Shown here piece by piece: positions 8,314 to 17,825 of a DNA stretch of 43,613 nucleotides (the stretch's first letter is position 1; the number at the start of each line of letters is the position of its first letter). This stretch comes from a virus. Its lineage: Duplodnaviria; Heunggongvirae; Uroviricota; Caudoviricetes. The translations under genes were made by a program, and so were the position numbers. Where the stretch lies: positions 1 through 43,613 of the IMG/VR virus record IMGVR_UViG_2654587728_000013; one strand, 5' to 3'. Under the pieces are notes generated by a model that worked only from the letters and a program-made list of their open reading frames with translations, was not told where the DNA came from and searched no databases.

Positions 8314-8778
8314 ATGGCGGCAGTATTAGGGATTGACCCAGGATGCAGCGGATCTCTGGTCCTGATAACTGAGCAGGGCGGATACATCGACCACCTGGCA
8401 ATGCCGACCATCAAGGTTGGGACAAAGTCCAGAGTCAACGGCGCAGCGGTGGCTGCATGGCTGCGTAAGTACGGAATTACGCACGCATACCTCGAGCAGG
8501 TGGGCGCAATGCCAGGGCAGGGAACGGCGAGCATGTTCACGTTCGGTCATGCCGCTGGGGTAGCGGAGGGGATCCTGCAGGGTCTCAACATTCCGTACAC
8601 GCTGGTAACGCCGCAGGCCTGGAAGAAGTCAGCCGGTCTCATCGGAAGTGACAAGGACGCGGCACGCAGCAGAGCAATTCAGCTCTACCCGGAACTCAGG
8701 GCGCTGGATGCAAAAGCGAAAGGTCAGGCCATAGCTGATGCGCTGTTAATCGCCAGGCACGGGATCGGTATCAAATAA
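8314..8778 (+). CDS. RuvC-like Holliday junction resolvase
   Basis: 154 aa; N-terminal LGIDPGCSGSLVL resembles RuvC-family catalytic motif. Confidence 0.65.
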   Translation: MAAVLGIDPGCSGSLVLITEQGGYIDHLAMPTIKVGTKSRVNGAAVAAWLRKYGITHAYLEQVGAMPGQGTASMFTFGHAAGVAEGILQGLNIPYTLVTPQAWKKSAGLIGSDKDAARSRAIQLYPELRALDAKAKGQAIADALLIARHGIGIK

Positions 8779-8834
8779 CGATCCTTTTAGTTATCAAACT
8801 AATCAATAACTTATACGGGTAAGCGAGGGTAATA

Positions 8835-9152
8835 ATGGGAAGCAATATCATTGAGTTAGCGAAGTTAGGACATGAGCGCGCGGCTGAACTGAAAGCATCA
8901 TGCGGTGCTGTCGACGTGCGCAGCATGGCGCAACTGATTAGCGATCTGGCTACACAACTTGAAGTGCAGCATGTTCGCTCAACCAGCATGGCAGTACAGC
9001 TCGCTAACGCCGAGAGCAAGTGCAGGGAGCTGGAATCTCGGACGGTCAATCTTCCTGAAGCACTGAACAGTTACGCTGGCGTGAAAATCTATCGCCCGAA
9101 TGATGTTATCGAAGCAATCCGCGCCGCTGGCATTGGCGTGAAGGGGGATTGA
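8835..9152 (+). CDS. hypothetical protein (possibly Ead/Ea22-like)
   Basis: 105 aa; RBS GAGGGTAATA; family assignment is a recollection only. Confidence 0.4.
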   Translation: MGSNIIELAKLGHERAAELKASCGAVDVRSMAQLISDLATQLEVQHVRSTSMAVQLANAESKCRELESRTVNLPEALNSYAGVKIYRPNDVIEAIRAAGIGVKGD

Positions 9153-9153
9153 G

Positions 9154-9525
9154 ATGGCACTGACGAAAAAACAACGTGCAGAGCTACGCATGAAGTTTGG
9201 CGGTCGCTGTGCTTACTGTGGGTGTGAGCTTGGAGATAAATGGCATGCAGACCATGTAAAGCCAGTTCTTAGGCACATGAACGGAGGCGGCATGATTCAT
9301 GCAGAAAACGACAATGAGGCAAATATGGTTCCGGCCTGTCACCCATGCAATCTGCATAAACACTGCAGTAGCCTGGAAGATTACCGGCGAATTATCGGTG
9401 ATGGTCGTCGTGAATTCCTTGTGTCCGGGAAAGGAAAAGCGCTAGTTCGTATGGGGTTGGTTGAAATGAAATCTGACCCAGTGGTGTTCTGGTTCGAAAA
9501 ATATCAAGAAGGAGCGTCAGCATGA
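9154..9525 (+). CDS. HNH endonuclease
   Basis: 123 aa; CAYCGCEL...HADHVKP...N...CHPCNLHK zinc-finger HNH motif. Confidence 0.8.
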   Translation: MALTKKQRAELRMKFGGRCAYCGCELGDKWHADHVKPVLRHMNGGGMIHAENDNEANMVPACHPCNLHKHCSSLEDYRRIIGDGRREFLVSGKGKALVRMGLVEMKSDPVVFWFEKYQEGASA

Positions 9526-10229
9526 CAACTAACAACCACCCGGCGAACGGCCCTGTATCACTCGATCGCCTGCACCAGATAAGCGAAATACTCAGTAAAG
9601 CAGCAGCACAAAGCGACGGCGGTAATCTCGGCTACGCAATGGTTGATGCTGTGAAGGTGATTGATGGAGCGATTGCTTCGTTTGGTGCTGATCCTGTTGG
9701 TTACTTCTACGCAGAGAAACCAGGCGATTGGTATCAAATTTCAGATGGAGACAGAGTACCAAGTCATAGGAGTATACCGCTTTACGCCAGACCGCAGTCA
9801 TCGCCAGTAGTGAAACTACCGAATGAATTCATCAGCAGTGAGGGTATCGTTGTTCAGATAGAAAAGTTGATGGCTGTGCTAGCAGTGCATGGAATTCAGT
9901 ATGAGCGCAGAGGTAACGCATGCTGCTCTGCCATGCTTCAGACTGGCAACTCTCCGGTGACTCCGGATGGTTGGATTCCGGTAAGCGAGCGGATACCTGA
10001 AGGAAGCGAAGAAGTTTTATGCACCAAAGAATTTGATGGTCCTGGTGACTGGCGCAAGAAGGTAGGTTATTGGCTCGCAGGGAAATGGACAGTGTATGGC
10101 GCATCATGGACGCCAACTCACTGGATGCCACTTCCAGCAGCACCGCAGCAGGAGGTGAAATCAGCGCTTGAACATGGGATGCAGCGTTACGCCGGAGCTA
10201 TGCAAAAACTGTCAGAAGGGGATAAGTGA
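9522..10229 (+). CDS. DUF551-type phage protein
   Basis: 235 aa; C-terminal W..P.THWMPLP motif typical of DUF551. Confidence 0.55.
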   Translation: MTTNNHPANGPVSLDRLHQISEILSKAAAQSDGGNLGYAMVDAVKVIDGAIASFGADPVGYFYAEKPGDWYQISDGDRVPSHRSIPLYARPQSSPVVKLPNEFISSEGIVVQIEKLMAVLAVHGIQYERRGNACCSAMLQTGNSPVTPDGWIPVSERIPEGSEEVLCTKEFDGPGDWRKKVGYWLAGKWTVYGASWTPTHWMPLPAAPQQEVKSALEHGMQRYAGAMQKLSEGDK

Positions 10230-10314
10230 TGCCGCCAGTTAAAGTGGTTGTTATTACGCTGGCTATGTGCGCTATCTGCCAGTTAATTGCTGCCTCTGGA
10301 ATGGGGATTTGGTG

Positions 10315-10653
10315 ATGGCTAAATCCGCAGCAGAGCGCAAAGCAGCGCAGCGTGCCCGCCAGGCTGAATCTGGTAACCGCAAGCTGGAATTGCAACTAGA
10401 CGAGCAGGAACTGGAGATGCTGGCGAGAAACTGCGCCGCCCGTCGCCCTGGTCGGGCGCCGTATGACATGAACGAGTACATCGCGTTGCTTATACGCCAG
10501 GATGATGCGCGGGTTCGTGGGCGCATCAAGTCAATCAGCTCTAACCGTTGCGGGAAATGTGGCGATGCGCTGCCAGTTGAGTCGTGTCCGTGTGATGGTG
10601 ATTCGGCATGCTGGGTGACGCGTGGCTGGCATGATACTAAACTAGCGGTGTGA
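10315..10653 (+). CDS. hypothetical Cys-rich protein
   Basis: ORF 10267..10653 trimmed to MAKSAAERKAAQ; C-terminal CGKCGD...CPCDGDSAC cluster; last gene before terminase. Confidence 0.45.
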   Translation: MAKSAAERKAAQRARQAESGNRKLELQLDEQELEMLARNCAARRPGRAPYDMNEYIALLIRQDDARVRGRIKSISSNRCGKCGDALPVESCPCDGDSACWVTRGWHDTKLAV

Positions 10654-10661
10654 CATGTCAC
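10650..10661. repeat. 12-bp palindrome GTGACATGTCAC (copy 1 of 3) overlapping stop codon
   Basis: Exact palindrome; same sequence at 13166..13177 and 31721..31732, each next to a GC hairpin. Confidence 0.6.
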
Positions 10662-10681
10662 GATAGAGACAATAAATTGCA

Positions 10682-10712
10682 AAGGCCGCCGACTATGGCG
10701 GCTTTGTTTTGC
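10682..10712 (+). terminator. rho-independent terminator
   Basis: AAAGGCCGCC-GACTAT-GGCGGC followed by TTTGTTTTG. Confidence 0.6.
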
Positions 10713-10720
10713 GTGTTACT

Positions 10721-10737
10721 ATTACCAAAACGGTAAT
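10721..10737. promoter_or_regulatory. operator copy ATTACC-AAAAC-GGTAAT upstream of terminase genes
   Basis: Perfect TTACC-N5-GGTAA between terminator and small terminase start. Confidence 0.5.
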
Positions 10738-10756
10738 TATTACTTCGGTGGTAACA

Positions 10757-11350
10757 ATGCCCGCAGAACCAAAAGCACCAAAACGCAAATCAACGCAGTA
10801 TAAGCCAATTACAGCGATGCAGGAGGCTTACGCGCAGGAATATACCAAATGCCCTGAGAATCAGACTCAGGCAGCGATTAACGCAGGATTTTCGCCAAAT
10901 ACGGCGGCAGTCAAGGCCAGTGTCATGATGCGTGATGAGCGTATCCAGAAACGGATCGCCGAACTGATGGAAGAGCGTAACAAGCGTTTGCGCGTCAGTG
11001 CGGACTACGTACTGCTCCGCCTGGTGGAAATTGACCAGATGGACGTGATCGATATCCTGAACGATGACGGCACACTGAAGCCTATCCGCGAGTGGCCAAA
11101 GATATGGCGTACTACACTGAGCGGTTTCGATTTGTCATCGACCATCATGAATATGAACGAGGATTCGATAGAAACAATCCTCAAAAAAATCAAATGGCCT
11201 GACAAGGTGAAGAACCTCGAGCTTATCGGTAAGCACGTCGACGTCAATGCGTTCAAAGAGCGCATGGAGGTTTCCGGCACAGTAACGATTGCCGACCGCA
11301 TGGCGAAGGCCCGCCGTCGCGTGAAAGAGCTGGATGGTGGTGAAGAATGA
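10757..11350 (+). CDS. terS: terminase small subunit
   Basis: ORF 10709..11350 trimmed to MPAEPKAPKRK; P27-like small terminase signature (AYAQEY...AAINAGFSP); immediately upstream of large subunit. Confidence 0.7.
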   Translation: MPAEPKAPKRKSTQYKPITAMQEAYAQEYTKCPENQTQAAINAGFSPNTAAVKASVMMRDERIQKRIAELMEERNKRLRVSADYVLLRLVEIDQMDVIDILNDDGTLKPIREWPKIWRTTLSGFDLSSTIMNMNEDSIETILKKIKWPDKVKNLELIGKHVDVNAFKERMEVSGTVTIADRMAKARRRVKELDGGEE

Positions 11351-12822
11351 CAGCCGCAGCCATGTCGCCGGAAGAGCAGCTTGTCGAGGATATTGCATCG
11401 TTCACATATGACCCGCTGGGCTATTCGCTGTATGCGTTTCCGTGGGGCGAAGAGGGGACAGAACTGGCGCATGCCACCGGCCCGCGAAAATGGCAGGCAG
11501 ACGCATTCCGCGAGATACGCGATCACCTGCAGAATCCAGCAACGCGTCACCAGCCGCTGATGTTGGCCCGCGCATCCGGCCACGGTATCGGTAAATCTGC
11601 GTTCATCTCGATGCTCATCAACTGGGGCATGTCTACCTGTGAAGACTGCAAGGTGGTGGTGACCGCCAACACCGACAACCAGCTGCGCACCAAAACATGG
11701 CCTGAAATCATCAAATGGTCGAACCTGGCTATCACGAAAGAGTGGTTCACCTGCACCGCCACCGCGATGTACAGCAACGATCCCGGTCACGACAAACGCT
11801 GGCGCGCTGATGCTATTCCATGGTCTGAACACAACACCGAGGCGTTCGCCGGTCTGCACAACGAACGCAAGCGCATCATCGTTGTATTCGATGAAGCGTC
11901 CAACATTGCCGATCTGGTGTGGGAAGTTGCCGAGGGTGCGCTGACGGACGAAGACACCGAAATCATCTGGGTGGCGTTCGGGAACCCTACGCGTAACACC
12001 GGGCGTTTCCGTGAATGCTTCCGCAAATACAAACACCGCTGGAAGTGCGCGCAGATAGACAGCCGCACCGTGGAAGGCACCAACAAGCAGCAGTTGCAGA
12101 AGTGGGTTGATGACTACGGCGAGGATAGCGACTTCGTGAAAGTTCGTGTACGCGGGATCTTCCCTGATGCGTCTGAACTCCAGTTTATCCCGACAGGCCT
12201 GACTGATTCCGCAATGAAGCGCGTGGTGACAGCCGGGCAGGTGGCGCACGCTCCGGTGATTATCGGTGTTGACCCGGCGTATTCCGGTGTGGATGACGCG
12301 GTGATATACCTGCGCCAGGGGCTTCACAGCAAAGTGCTATGGACCGGCAATAAGACAACCGATGATCTGATTATGGCAAAGCGTATCGCTGATTTTGAAG
12401 ACCAGTACCAGGCTGACGCTGTATTCATCGACTTCGGGTATGGTACCGGGCTGAAGTCAATCGGTGATGGCTGGGGCCGTTCCTGGCAACTGATACCTTT
12501 CGGCGGCGGCTCTACCGATCCGCAGATGCTCAACAAGCGCGGCGAGATGTTCAACAGCTGCAAAACGTGGCTGAAAATTGGTGGCGCACTGGATGACCAG
12601 GAAACGGCTGACGACCTGTCGGCGGCTGAGTACAAAGTCAGGGTGGACGGCAAGATAGTTATTGAGCCGAAGGAAGATATCAAAGAGCGGTTAGGCCGTT
12701 CTCCTGGCAAGGGTGATGCGCTGCTGCTGACGTTTGCTTTCCCGGTGTCGAAACGTATGAATATACCAGGACAGCAAAGCCAGCAGGGCAAGGCGTTGAC
12801 AGAATACGACCCCTATGCATAG
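11347..12822 (+). CDS. terL: terminase large subunit
   Basis: 491 aa; Walker A-like ASGHGIGKS, Walker B-like IIVVFDEASN; ATGA overlap with small subunit. Confidence 0.85.
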   Translation: MTAAAMSPEEQLVEDIASFTYDPLGYSLYAFPWGEEGTELAHATGPRKWQADAFREIRDHLQNPATRHQPLMLARASGHGIGKSAFISMLINWGMSTCEDCKVVVTANTDNQLRTKTWPEIIKWSNLAITKEWFTCTATAMYSNDPGHDKRWRADAIPWSEHNTEAFAGLHNERKRIIVVFDEASNIADLVWEVAEGALTDEDTEIIWVAFGNPTRNTGRFRECFRKYKHRWKCAQIDSRTVEGTNKQQLQKWVDDYGEDSDFVKVRVRGIFPDASELQFIPTGLTDSAMKRVVTAGQVAHAPVIIGVDPAYSGVDDAVIYLRQGLHSKVLWTGNKTTDDLIMAKRIADFEDQYQADAVFIDFGYGTGLKSIGDGWGRSWQLIPFGGGSTDPQMLNKRGEMFNSCKTWLKIGGALDDQETADDLSAAEYKVRVDGKIVIEPKEDIKERLGRSPGKGDALLLTFAFPVSKRMNIPGQQSQQGKALTEYDPYA

Positions 12823-13094
12823 TGAATTGATATCAGAGCTACAACCAAGGCAACTAATGCAATGATTAGTGACGCACCAGTTAGCAAAAGTGATGCGGTA
12901 TTCATCATGCGCTGATAATAGAATGCACGCATTGACTCTATTCTTTCACCGGTCTCAGCAGGGTCTTTTAATCCATTAGGGAATGTGCTTTCAAATCCTT
13001 CAAATACCTTTCTTTCAATGGCATTGTGCATGGCCATGTTCCACTCATGGGTTGAGTTCACAAAGGTATTAACAATTTTTTGTTTAATTTTCAT
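12813..13094 (-). CDS. small C-terminally membrane-anchored protein (moron)
   Basis: ORF 12813..13172 trimmed to MKIKQK so it excludes the terminator hairpin; C-terminal TM helix LLLTGASLIIALVALVVALISI; opposite strand to flanking operon. Confidence 0.45.
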   Translation of the reverse strand: MKIKQKIVNTFVNSTHEWNMAMHNAIERKVFEGFESTFPNGLKDPAETGERIESMRAFYYQRMMNTASLLLTGASLIIALVALVVALISIHYA

Positions 13095-13136
13095 GGTCCA
13101 CTCGCTGTGATAATCGAATGAGTGATTATGCCATAC

Positions 13137-13160
13137 AAAAAAGCCCGCGCATCGGCGGGC
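13137..13160 (-). terminator. rho-independent terminator (minus strand)
   Basis: GCCCGC-GCATCG-GCGGGC hairpin with T-run on minus strand, just downstream of stop of 13182..13613. Confidence 0.55.
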
Positions 13161-13165
13161 TGAAT

Positions 13166-13177
13166 GTGACATGTCAC
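13166..13177. repeat. 12-bp palindrome GTGACATGTCAC (copy 2 of 3)
   Basis: Exact copy; lies between stop of 13182..13613 and its terminator hairpin. Confidence 0.6.
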
Positions 13178-13181
13178 AGCG

Positions 13182-13613
13182 TTATATCAAATCTTTCCAT
13201 TCTACCCATTTTCCAGTTCTGCGATGGACCTCATCTCGTTTCAAAAACAGCAACTCCCTGCATCGTTCGCAGCCATCAAACTCATCGGAATTATTCTTGA
13301 AATTTTTTGCTCGGCGATACGTATAAATCCCGCAAACACAACGAGCAACATAGCGAGCACCTTTATTTTTTGCTCCTTGCGTGACAGCAAGGCCAATTAT
13401 TGTCAATCTCCCGCGCTTTCTTCCGATCATTGCTTTCACTTCTCGCCGTTGTTGCGGGTTTTTAATGTTATATACAGAAAACACTGGCAACGGCAGATCG
13501 CTGTCTCCTGTCTGGATAACTTTGTTTGGTGTCCAATCCACGCCCTTACCAACAACTCTCGCAGCAACCCGGTCAACCGGAAGGCGCTTCATGTCAAACA
13601 GGTCTTTGCTCAT
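13182..13613 (-). CDS. hypothetical basic Cys-cluster protein (moron)
   Basis: 143 aa; RBS AAGGTGAG; C-terminal CVCG...CERC cluster; opposite strand to flanking terminase/portal genes. Confidence 0.5.
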   Translation of the reverse strand: MSKDLFDMKRLPVDRVAARVVGKGVDWTPNKVIQTGDSDLPLPVFSVYNIKNPQQRREVKAMIGRKRGRLTIIGLAVTQGAKNKGARYVARCVCGIYTYRRAKNFKNNSDEFDGCERCRELLFLKRDEVHRRTGKWVEWKDLI

Positions 13614-13620
13614 AATCTCA

Positions 13621-13647
13621 CCTTAAAAAAATGCCCACCGAAGTGGG
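13621..13647 (-). terminator. intrinsic terminator on minus strand abutting the RBS of 13182..13613
   Basis: Minus strand reads GCCCAC-UUCG-GUGGGC followed by seven U, then AAGGTGAG-ATG. Confidence 0.55.
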
Positions 13648-14250
13648 CGAACTGGAAGTAAGGGTGCCTTCCATGGCAGTTACGGGTTTACAGCGCAACG
13701 TCATCGCAATGGCGTTCTGCTGTAAAAAAAGTGTCGGTACCAGCGAGGGGCAACTCGGGATGAATCTGGCACCGACAAAGTCACACAGCAATTACATTGG
13801 CACTACGGTTTACCACGGTCCTAACGTGATTCGTTTGTGGTGGCTGGTGCTGAACTCCAGCTCAGTGGCGCGGTGTTTCAATATCGTAACCGCCCGTTCC
13901 ATCCGCGTTCGATCAGTCCGTATGCTCGCTTAGAACGTTTCGCCTGCTTATCTTTTCTCAACCGTTTGACGGTCAGCCCCGCCATTAACCACAACATTGA
14001 GAGCACTGCGCCTGTATCGGTTAGCGTCATGGGATTAACCGGTCACCCCAATGCTCTCATCGTTGCATCCTCGTCTCTTCCGAGGTGTCACACCGTATCG
14101 CCACGATGGTGAATCGTCTGTCCGTGCTTACCTGACACTGGCTTGCACATTCCGGCTACCCGGCTGGGGAAGTAGCATCAATGGAACCCATCCGGACCGC
14201 TGCGGCACATGTGCCATATGCCGTACATCAACTGCGTTACATCAACATCA

Positions 14251-14267
14251 ATTACCTAAAAGGTAAT
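14251..14267. promoter_or_regulatory. operator copy ATTACC-TAAAA-GGTAAT upstream of portal operon
   Basis: Perfect TTACC-N5-GGTAA about 90 bp upstream of small ORF 14357. Confidence 0.5.
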
Positions 14268-14356
14268 ATCTGATGTTATAAGTGTCAATAGCCTACGCTA
14301 AATAAATCATATGTGGTTAAATTGGTAATAATTTAATTGCGTACGGAGCTATTGCT

Positions 14357-14563
14357 ATGTGTATCGGCAGCAAGCCATCAGTGCCAGCAGCGCCAGAAGT
14401 ACAGGCTGCGCCACAGGAGCAGGATGCAGCAGTTGTCAGTTCTCGTGACGACGAAGAACGCCGCCGCCGTGCAGCAGCAGGACGCAGTTCCACTCTGCTG
14501 ACTGGTGCTCAGGGTGACACCTCAACCGCAAACACCAGCGGTAAAACGCTGCTTGGTCAGTAA
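14357..14563 (+). CDS. small low-complexity protein preceding portal
   Basis: 68 aa; RBS GGAG 8 nt upstream; Ala/Gln/Arg-rich; could be spurious. Confidence 0.35.
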   Translation: MCIGSKPSVPAAPEVQAAPQEQDAAVVSSRDDEERRRRAAAGRSSTLLTGAQGDTSTANTSGKTLLGQ

Positions 14564-14577
14564 CGGAGTAGGCAGAG

Positions 14578-16248
14578 ATGGCGGAAACCGAAAAAGAGCG
14601 CCTGCTGAAGCAACTTGCGCAGCTGAAGAATGAGCGCACATCGTTCGAATCGCACTGGCGTGATCTGAGTGACTTCATCAATCCGCGTGGCTCCCGCTTT
14701 CTGACATCTGATGTAAACCGTGATGATCGCCGTAACACCAAGATTGTTGATCCCACTGGCTCAATGGCTCAGCGCATTCTGTCCAGCGGCATGATGTCAG
14801 GCATCACCAGTCCGGCACGACCGTGGTTCAAACTGGCAACGCCTGACCCTGACATGATGGACTATGGCCCGGTGAAAATCTGGCTGGAAGTCGTGCAGCG
14901 CCGCATGAACGAAGTGTTCAACAAATCGAATTTGTATCAGTCACTGCCTGTTATGTACGCAAGTCTGGGTACTTTCGGCACCGGCGCTATGGCTGTTCTG
15001 GAAGATGACCAGGACGTGATCCGCACAATGCCTTTCCCTATTGGCAGTTACTACCTGGCTAACAGTCCGCGCGGTAGCGTAGACACCTGCATTCGCCAGT
15101 TCTCCATGACCGTGCGCCAGATGGTGCAGGAATTCGGTCTGGATAACGTCAGTACATCCGTAAAAGGCATGTGGGAAAATGGCACGTATGAAACGTGGGT
15201 GGAGGTTAACCACTGCATCACGCCTAACGTCAACCGCGACAGCGGTAAGATGGACAGCAAGAACAAGCCTTACCGCTCTGTCTATTTCGAAACTGGCGGT
15301 GACGCTGACAAGCTGCTGCGTGAATCCGGATTTGATGAATTCCCTATTCTGGCGCCGCGCTGGGAAGTGAATGGCGAAGACGTTTACGCCTCATCCTGTC
15401 CTGGAATGCTGGCACTCGGTCAGGTTAAAGCCCTTCAGGTTGAGCAGAAGCGCAAAGCTCAGTTGATCGATAAAGCCACTAACCCGCCGATGGTTGCCCC
15501 GACATCGCTCAAGAATCAGCGGGTTTCCCTGTTGCCTGGCGATGTGACGTACCTCGACGTGTTGACCGGTCAGGATGGTTTCAAACCTGCATACCTGGTA
15601 AACCCGAATACCGCCGACCTGCTGGCTGACATTCAGGACACTAGGCAGACCATCAACAGCGCCTACTTCGTTGACCTCTTCATGATGCTGCAAAACATCA
15701 ACACCCGATCTATGCCGGTGGAAGCGGTGATCGAGATGAAGGAAGAGAAACTGCTGATGCTTGGCCCGGTGCTTGAGCGCCTGAATGACGAAGCGCTTAA
15801 CCCGCTTATCGATCGCGTGTTCTCAATCATGGCCCGCAAGAACATGTTGCCAGAACCTCCTGACGTTCTTCAGGGTATGCCGCTGCGTATCGAGTACATC
15901 TCTGTGATGGCTCAGGCTCAGAAATCTATCGGCCTCACCAGCCTGTCGCAGACAGTTGGATTTATCGGGCAACTGGCGCAGTTCAAACCTGAAGCGCTCG
16001 ACAAGCTTGATGTGGATCAGGCTATCGACGCGTTCTCTGAAATGTCAGGCGTATCGCCAACCGTCATCGTTCCGCAGGAGCAGGTACAGGGTATTCGTGA
16101 AGAGCGAGCTAAACAGGCTCAGGCGGCACAGGCAATGGCTATGGGTCAGGCGGCAGCGCAGGGGGCCAAGACTCTCAGCGAAACGCAGACCAGCGACCCG
16201 AGCGCATTAACTGCTATCGCTAATGCAGCAGGAGCACCGCAGCAATGA
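14578..16248 (+). CDS. portal protein
   Basis: 556 aa directly after terminase module; RBS GGAG; size and position typical of portal. Confidence 0.75.
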   Translation: MAETEKERLLKQLAQLKNERTSFESHWRDLSDFINPRGSRFLTSDVNRDDRRNTKIVDPTGSMAQRILSSGMMSGITSPARPWFKLATPDPDMMDYGPVKIWLEVVQRRMNEVFNKSNLYQSLPVMYASLGTFGTGAMAVLEDDQDVIRTMPFPIGSYYLANSPRGSVDTCIRQFSMTVRQMVQEFGLDNVSTSVKGMWENGTYETWVEVNHCITPNVNRDSGKMDSKNKPYRSVYFETGGDADKLLRESGFDEFPILAPRWEVNGEDVYASSCPGMLALGQVKALQVEQKRKAQLIDKATNPPMVAPTSLKNQRVSLLPGDVTYLDVLTGQDGFKPAYLVNPNTADLLADIQDTRQTINSAYFVDLFMMLQNINTRSMPVEAVIEMKEEKLLMLGPVLERLNDEALNPLIDRVFSIMARKNMLPEPPDVLQGMPLRIEYISVMAQAQKSIGLTSLSQTVGFIGQLAQFKPEALDKLDVDQAIDAFSEMSGVSPTVIVPQEQVQGIREERAKQAQAAQAMAMGQAAAQGAKTLSETQTSDPSALTAIANAAGAPQQ

Positions 16249-16544
16249 TGGATATCGACGACGAAGGACGCAAAGCAGAGCTTGACGCCAAACAGCAACT
16301 TCTGGCTCAGCGTGATATCGACGACATCAAGTTCGTTATGGGTAGCGAGCAAGGCCGCCGCGTTATCTGGTCGATGCTGGAGAGGGGAAAGGTGTTCTCA
16401 CCATGCTTCGCTGGTGATTCGCACTTAACTGCATTCAACGAAGGGCAGCGCAACCTGGCACTGGCATTGTTTCAGCGCGTCATGGCGCACTGTCCTGAAC
16501 AGTATCTGAAAATGGCCGCTGAGTCTCAGGAGAAAGACAAATGA
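16245..16544 (+). CDS. hypothetical head-morphogenesis protein
   Basis: 99 aa; ATGA-coupled to portal. Confidence 0.45.
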   Translation: MMDIDDEGRKAELDAKQQLLAQRDIDDIKFVMGSEQGRRVIWSMLERGKVFSPCFAGDSHLTAFNEGQRNLALALFQRVMAHCPEQYLKMAAESQEKDK

Positions 16545-17086
16545 TCCGTAAACGCATGATCAGGCTGAGAAACGATGGTAACTCGACCATTGCAGACTTT
16601 TATGCAGTGGATGAAGAGCCGCAGACATTTCAGATGGACATATTTAACTGGACTGGATCTCAGGTTGTGGCTGATGCCGCTTTTCAGAACTTCTTTTCAC
16701 TTTCCGGGATCGTTAAAGCTGCTGACGGTAACGCGAATCTCAGCATCAATTCGGGAAATCTTATATTCCCTGCTCAGGAAGCGCCGAGCCAGGTTCTTTT
16801 CAGTACCCGTATTAACGGTACCGTTGGTGGTGCGTCAGGAACGGCAAGGGAATGGATGATTCAGACCAGGCGCCCAAATGGCGACATCGTCGGATCCGAG
16901 TCAAGCGTGAAGGTGAACGGAACCAGCATCAGTAACCGTGACGATGTACTTGCCAGTTTCACCATGAATGAACTTGATCCGTTCACCGTCAGCGGAATTC
17001 AGGTCGGCCTTTCAAATGAATCAGGCCAGACCATCACGTTGACCTCTGTATCTGTCAGGGTTCAACGCGTCATCAGCATTGATTAA
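16541..17086 (+). CDS. hypothetical virion protein
   Basis: 181 aa; coupled to upstream gene. Confidence 0.45.
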   Translation: MIRKRMIRLRNDGNSTIADFYAVDEEPQTFQMDIFNWTGSQVVADAAFQNFFSLSGIVKAADGNANLSINSGNLIFPAQEAPSQVLFSTRINGTVGGASGTAREWMIQTRRPNGDIVGSESSVKVNGTSISNRDDVLASFTMNELDPFTVSGIQVGLSNESGQTITLTSVSVRVQRVISID

Positions 17087-17100
17087 CAAGAAGGTAACGT

Positions 17101-17811
17101 ATGAATTTATTTGATCGTTTGCTGCATCGCCGTCTTTGCAATGAGCAACCTGCTGATGGTGGCGCAGCTCCTGCTGCATCTGAACCCGCAGCATCAACTG
17201 GTGATAATCCGGCACCCGCTGGCGATCCGGCTAAACCAGAAGGCGATAAGTCACATCCTGGCACTGAAAGCGACAAGCCTCAGGACGACAAGCCTATCGA
17301 TGGCGATAAGCCAAAAGAGGAAAAGCCTGGTGAAGACAAGGATAAGAAGCCGGAAGGCGCTCCGGAGAAATACGAGTTCAAACCAGCTGAAGGTCAGGAA
17401 CTTGATGCTGCCGCTCTGGAGCAGTTCGAGCCTATCGCCCGCGAACTGAACCTGACTAATGAGCAGGCGCAGAAGATGGTCGATCTGTACGGCACCAAGA
17501 TTATGCCAATGGTCCAGCAGCAGCAGGCGGAAGCCTGGCAGAAAACCACCGAACAGTGGGCTGCTGACGTTAAGGCAGACAAGGAGATCGGCGGAGACAA
17601 TCTCACCGGTAACCTGAGCGCAGCACAGCGTGCTCTTGCTCAGTTCGGCACACCTGAACTGAAAGAATATCTGGAAGGCACCGGCCTGGGTAATCACCCT
17701 GAACTGGTGAAGGCTTTCATCAAAATCGGTAAAGCCATGTCAGAAGACGGCATGGTAACCGGGAAAGAAAGCGGTCAGCGTAGTGCTGCCGAAGTGCTCT
17801 ATGGCAAATAA
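17101..17811 (+). CDS. scaffolding protein (putative)
   Basis: 236 aa, acidic Pro/Lys/Asp-rich N-terminus, helical C-terminus; immediately upstream of capsid gene. Confidence 0.55.
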   Translation: MNLFDRLLHRRLCNEQPADGGAAPAASEPAASTGDNPAPAGDPAKPEGDKSHPGTESDKPQDDKPIDGDKPKEEKPGEDKDKKPEGAPEKYEFKPAEGQELDAAALEQFEPIARELNLTNEQAQKMVDLYGTKIMPMVQQQQAEAWQKTTEQWAADVKADKEIGGDNLTGNLSAAQRALAQFGTPELKEYLEGTGLGNHPELVKAFIKIGKAMSEDGMVTGKESGQRSAAEVLYGK

Positions 17812-17825
17812 GAGAGGAAATAACC

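Noticed and set aside
11005-12327. 440-aa minus-strand ORF
   Set aside because: Lies antisense across the well-supported large terminase gene; Arg/His/Pro-rich random-looking composition and no RBS.
13631-14266. Chain of three overlapping plus-strand ORFs (100, 91, 71 aa)
   Set aside because: Frame-hopping, random-looking composition and no RBS; treated as non-coding sequence rather than genes.
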